Below are positions 61,872 to 64,000 of a DNA stretch of 64,000 bases, piece by piece. Origin of the DNA: Pseudomonadota bacterium (GTDB lineage Bacteria; Pseudomonadota; Alphaproteobacteria; Sphingomonadales; Sphingomonadaceae); assembly GCA_038041635.1 (NCBI GenBank), contig JBBTFY010000005.1, forward strand, positions 9,781-73,780, read 5' to 3'. Each line of letters starts with the position of its first letter. Position 1 is the first letter of the stretch. The notes beneath the pieces were generated by a model. It was not told the origin of the DNA, did not search any database, and saw only the letters and a list, made by a program, of their open reading frames with translations. Position numbers and translations under genes: made by a program.

Positions 61872-63581
61872 ATGGCCTCTTCGGCTAATCCAACGCGCGA
61901 TGATTTTGCCGCGCTACTCAATGAATCTCTCGGCGGTGCCGACACCCAGTTCGAAGGCCGGGTGGTCAAGGGCACGATTACCGCCATCGAAAACGACCTT
62001 GCCGTCATCGACGTCGGGCTGAAGAGCGAGGGCCGCGTGCCATTGCGCGAATTCGCCATGCCGGGTCAAAAGGCTGAGCTCAATGTCGGCGACGAAGTCG
62101 AAGTCTATGTCGATCGCGTCGAAAACGCCAATGGCGAAGCGATGCTCAGCCGCGACCGCGCCCGCCGCGAAGCCGCATGGGACCGCTTGGAAGAAGAATT
62201 CACCAAGGAAGTCCGCGTCGAAGGCGTTATCTTTGGCCGCGTCAAGGGTGGCTTCACCGTCGATTTGGGCGGCGCTGTGGCATTCCTGCCGGGCAGCCAG
62301 GTTGATATTCGCCCCGTCCGCGACGTGCAGCCGTTGATGGATATTCCCCAGCCGTTTCAGATCCTCAAAATGGATCGCCGCCGTGGCAATATCGTCGTAT
62401 CGCGCCGCGCCATATTGGAAGAATCACGCGCAGAGCAGCGCACTGGCCTTATCCAAAACCTCGCCGAGGGTCAGATCATCGAGGGCGTGGTCAAGAACAT
62501 CACCGATTATGGCGCGTTCGTCGATCTGGGCGGCATTGACGGCCTGCTCCATGTCACCGACATGAGCTATAAGCGCGTCAATCACCCAAGCGAAGTGATC
62601 GCCATCGGCGACACACTCAAGGTGCAGATTGTCCGTATCAACAAGGATACACAGCGCATCTCGCTGGGCATGAAGCAGCTGGAAAGCGATCCGTGGGAAG
62701 CCGCAGTCGCCAAATATCCGATTGATGGCAAGTTCACCGGCCGTGTCACCAATATCACCGAATATGGTGCCTTTGTCGAGCTCGAAGCGGGCATCGAGGG
62801 TCTCGTCCACGTCTCCGAAATGAGCTGGACCAAAAAGAATGTCCACCCGGGCAAAATCGTTTCTACCAGCCAGGAAGTCGAAGTCACCATCATCGAAGTG
62901 GACAGCGAAAAGCGCCGCATCAGCTTAGGGTTAAAGCAAGCGCAAACCAACCCGTGGAATGATTTTGCTATCAGTAATCCGGTTGGCACAATTGTCGAAG
63001 GCGAAGTCAAGAACTCGACCGAATTTGGTCTGTTCATCGGTCTGCCCGGTGACGTCGATGGCATGGTCCACATGTCCGACATCGCCTGGGGCATTTCGGG
63101 CGAAGAAGCGCTGGCGCTGCACCGCAAGGGCGAAACGGTCAAGGCAATCGTGCTTGACGTTGATGTTGAAAAAGAACGCATCTCGCTTGGCATCAAGCAA
63201 TTGGAAAAGGGCGCACCCGCAGCGGGAGCAACCGCAAGCGCATCGGGCCTGAAAAAGAGCGAGATCACTACCGTTACCGTGCTCGAAGTGCGCGATGGTG
63301 GCCTCGAAGTACAAGCGGGCGAAGATGGTGCAACGGGCTTTATCAAGCGCACCGACCTTGGCCGCGACCGCGACGAGCAACGCCCCGAACGCTATCAGGT
63401 CGGGCAGAAGTTCGACGCGATGGTTATCGGTTTCGACCGTTCGAAAAAGCCGAACTTCTCCATCAAGGCGATGCAAATTGCCGATGAGAAGCAGGCAGTC
63501 GAGCAATATGGTTCATCCGATTCAGGTGCATCGCTAGGCGACATCCTTGGCGAAGCGCTAAAGGCCAAAGCCAAAAGCTAA
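61872..63581 (+). CDS. rpsA: 30S ribosomal protein S1
   Basis: Repeated S1 domains (YGAFVDLGG..GLLHV), DVGLKSEG, SLGDILG tail. Confidence 0.98.
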   Translation: MASSANPTRDDFAALLNESLGGADTQFEGRVVKGTITAIENDLAVIDVGLKSEGRVPLREFAMPGQKAELNVGDEVEVYVDRVENANGEAMLSRDRARREAAWDRLEEEFTKEVRVEGVIFGRVKGGFTVDLGGAVAFLPGSQVDIRPVRDVQPLMDIPQPFQILKMDRRRGNIVVSRRAILEESRAEQRTGLIQNLAEGQIIEGVVKNITDYGAFVDLGGIDGLLHVTDMSYKRVNHPSEVIAIGDTLKVQIVRINKDTQRISLGMKQLESDPWEAAVAKYPIDGKFTGRVTNITEYGAFVELEAGIEGLVHVSEMSWTKKNVHPGKIVSTSQEVEVTIIEVDSEKRRISLGLKQAQTNPWNDFAISNPVGTIVEGEVKNSTEFGLFIGLPGDVDGMVHMSDIAWGISGEEALALHRKGETVKAIVLDVDVEKERISLGIKQLEKGAPAAGATASASGLKKSEITTVTVLEVRDGGLEVQAGEDGATGFIKRTDLGRDRDEQRPERYQVGQKFDAMVIGFDRSKKPNFSIKAMQIADEKQAVEQYGSSDSGASLGDILGEALKAKAKS

Positions 63582-63606
63582 ATAGCTTTTCACTTTGAAA
63601 CAAATG

Positions 63607-63636
63607 AAGGGGCCGCCGTCATGGCGGCCCTTTTTT
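63607..63636 (+). terminator. Intrinsic terminator after rpsA
   Basis: gggccgcc-gtcat-ggcggccc followed by tttttt. Confidence 0.9.
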
Positions 63637-63837
63637 GTAATAATTGCTCGCAATAATGCCGTGACACTTATTGTTGATTCCTATTTCATTTCTACTATAA
63701 CCAATTTGCTTGTCGGTTTTGGGTGGGTCGGCAAGTGTCATGGACGCCATGTGTCATGGGCATGGGCGGGCATTGGGTCGCTACACCCCGATGGGAATGT
63801 CACCCGGCATCTCCCGGAACTCAGGGTAGAAGGTATA

Positions 63838-64000
63838 ATGATCCGTTCCGAGCTTGTTCAACGCCTCGCAACAGAAAACCCCGAACTGCGCACCGCCGAA
63901 ATTGAAGCTGTCACCGACGCATTTTTCGACACTATCGTCGATCAATTGGCGAGGGGGGGGCGCGTTGAGCTGCGCGGCTTTGGTTCTTTTTCGACGCGCG
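63838..64000 (+). CDS. ihfB: Integration host factor beta subunit, partial
   Basis: MIRSELVQRLA...GGRVELRGFGSFSTR; follows rpsA. Confidence 0.9.
   Translation, partial: MIRSELVQRLATENPELRTAEIEAVTDAFFDTIVDQLARGGRVELRGFGSFSTR

Overview
GC-rich alphaproteobacterial chromosome segment, sphingomonad-like by gene order and protein character (inference). It is mostly core genes: the dcw cluster (mraZ-rsmH-ftsL-like-ftsI-murE-murF-mraY-murD-ftsW-murG-murC, minus strand), cysK, an FzlA-like GST, ubiG, lysC, ptsP-rodZ-like-cpoB-tilS-ftsH, rpoZ, xth/erpA, bcp-glnE-tgt, queA-PPIase-coaD-ispA-xseB, tRNA-Ala(GGC) and aroA-cmk-rpsA-ihfB. Two things stand out. (1) A dispersed non-coding element present three times (15403-15916, 39990-40346 inverted, 45381-45811). 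It has a conserved promoter-like end (GCTTTCCTACAG), a conserved 93-bp GATAC-box/hairpin end, and a variable interior of different REP-like palindromes in the same order. (2) A 12.6-kb lipid locus (28905-41528) resembling the Caulobacter sphingolipid region: bCerS-like GNAT, CpgB-like kinase, Tam41/CpgC-like protein and LptF/LptG, plus a coupled glpD, a PmtA-like methyltransferase, a desaturase and an ECF cassette. Smaller observations: a 38-bp-period duplication at the murG/murC junction creating a bridging mini-ORF, a probable internal lysC beta-subunit start, a probable CTG start for the ECF sigma, a frameshifted hydrolase, a toxin-antitoxin block between queA and tgt, and repeats downstream of the tRNA. 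All identities were counted by hand; no database searches were run.
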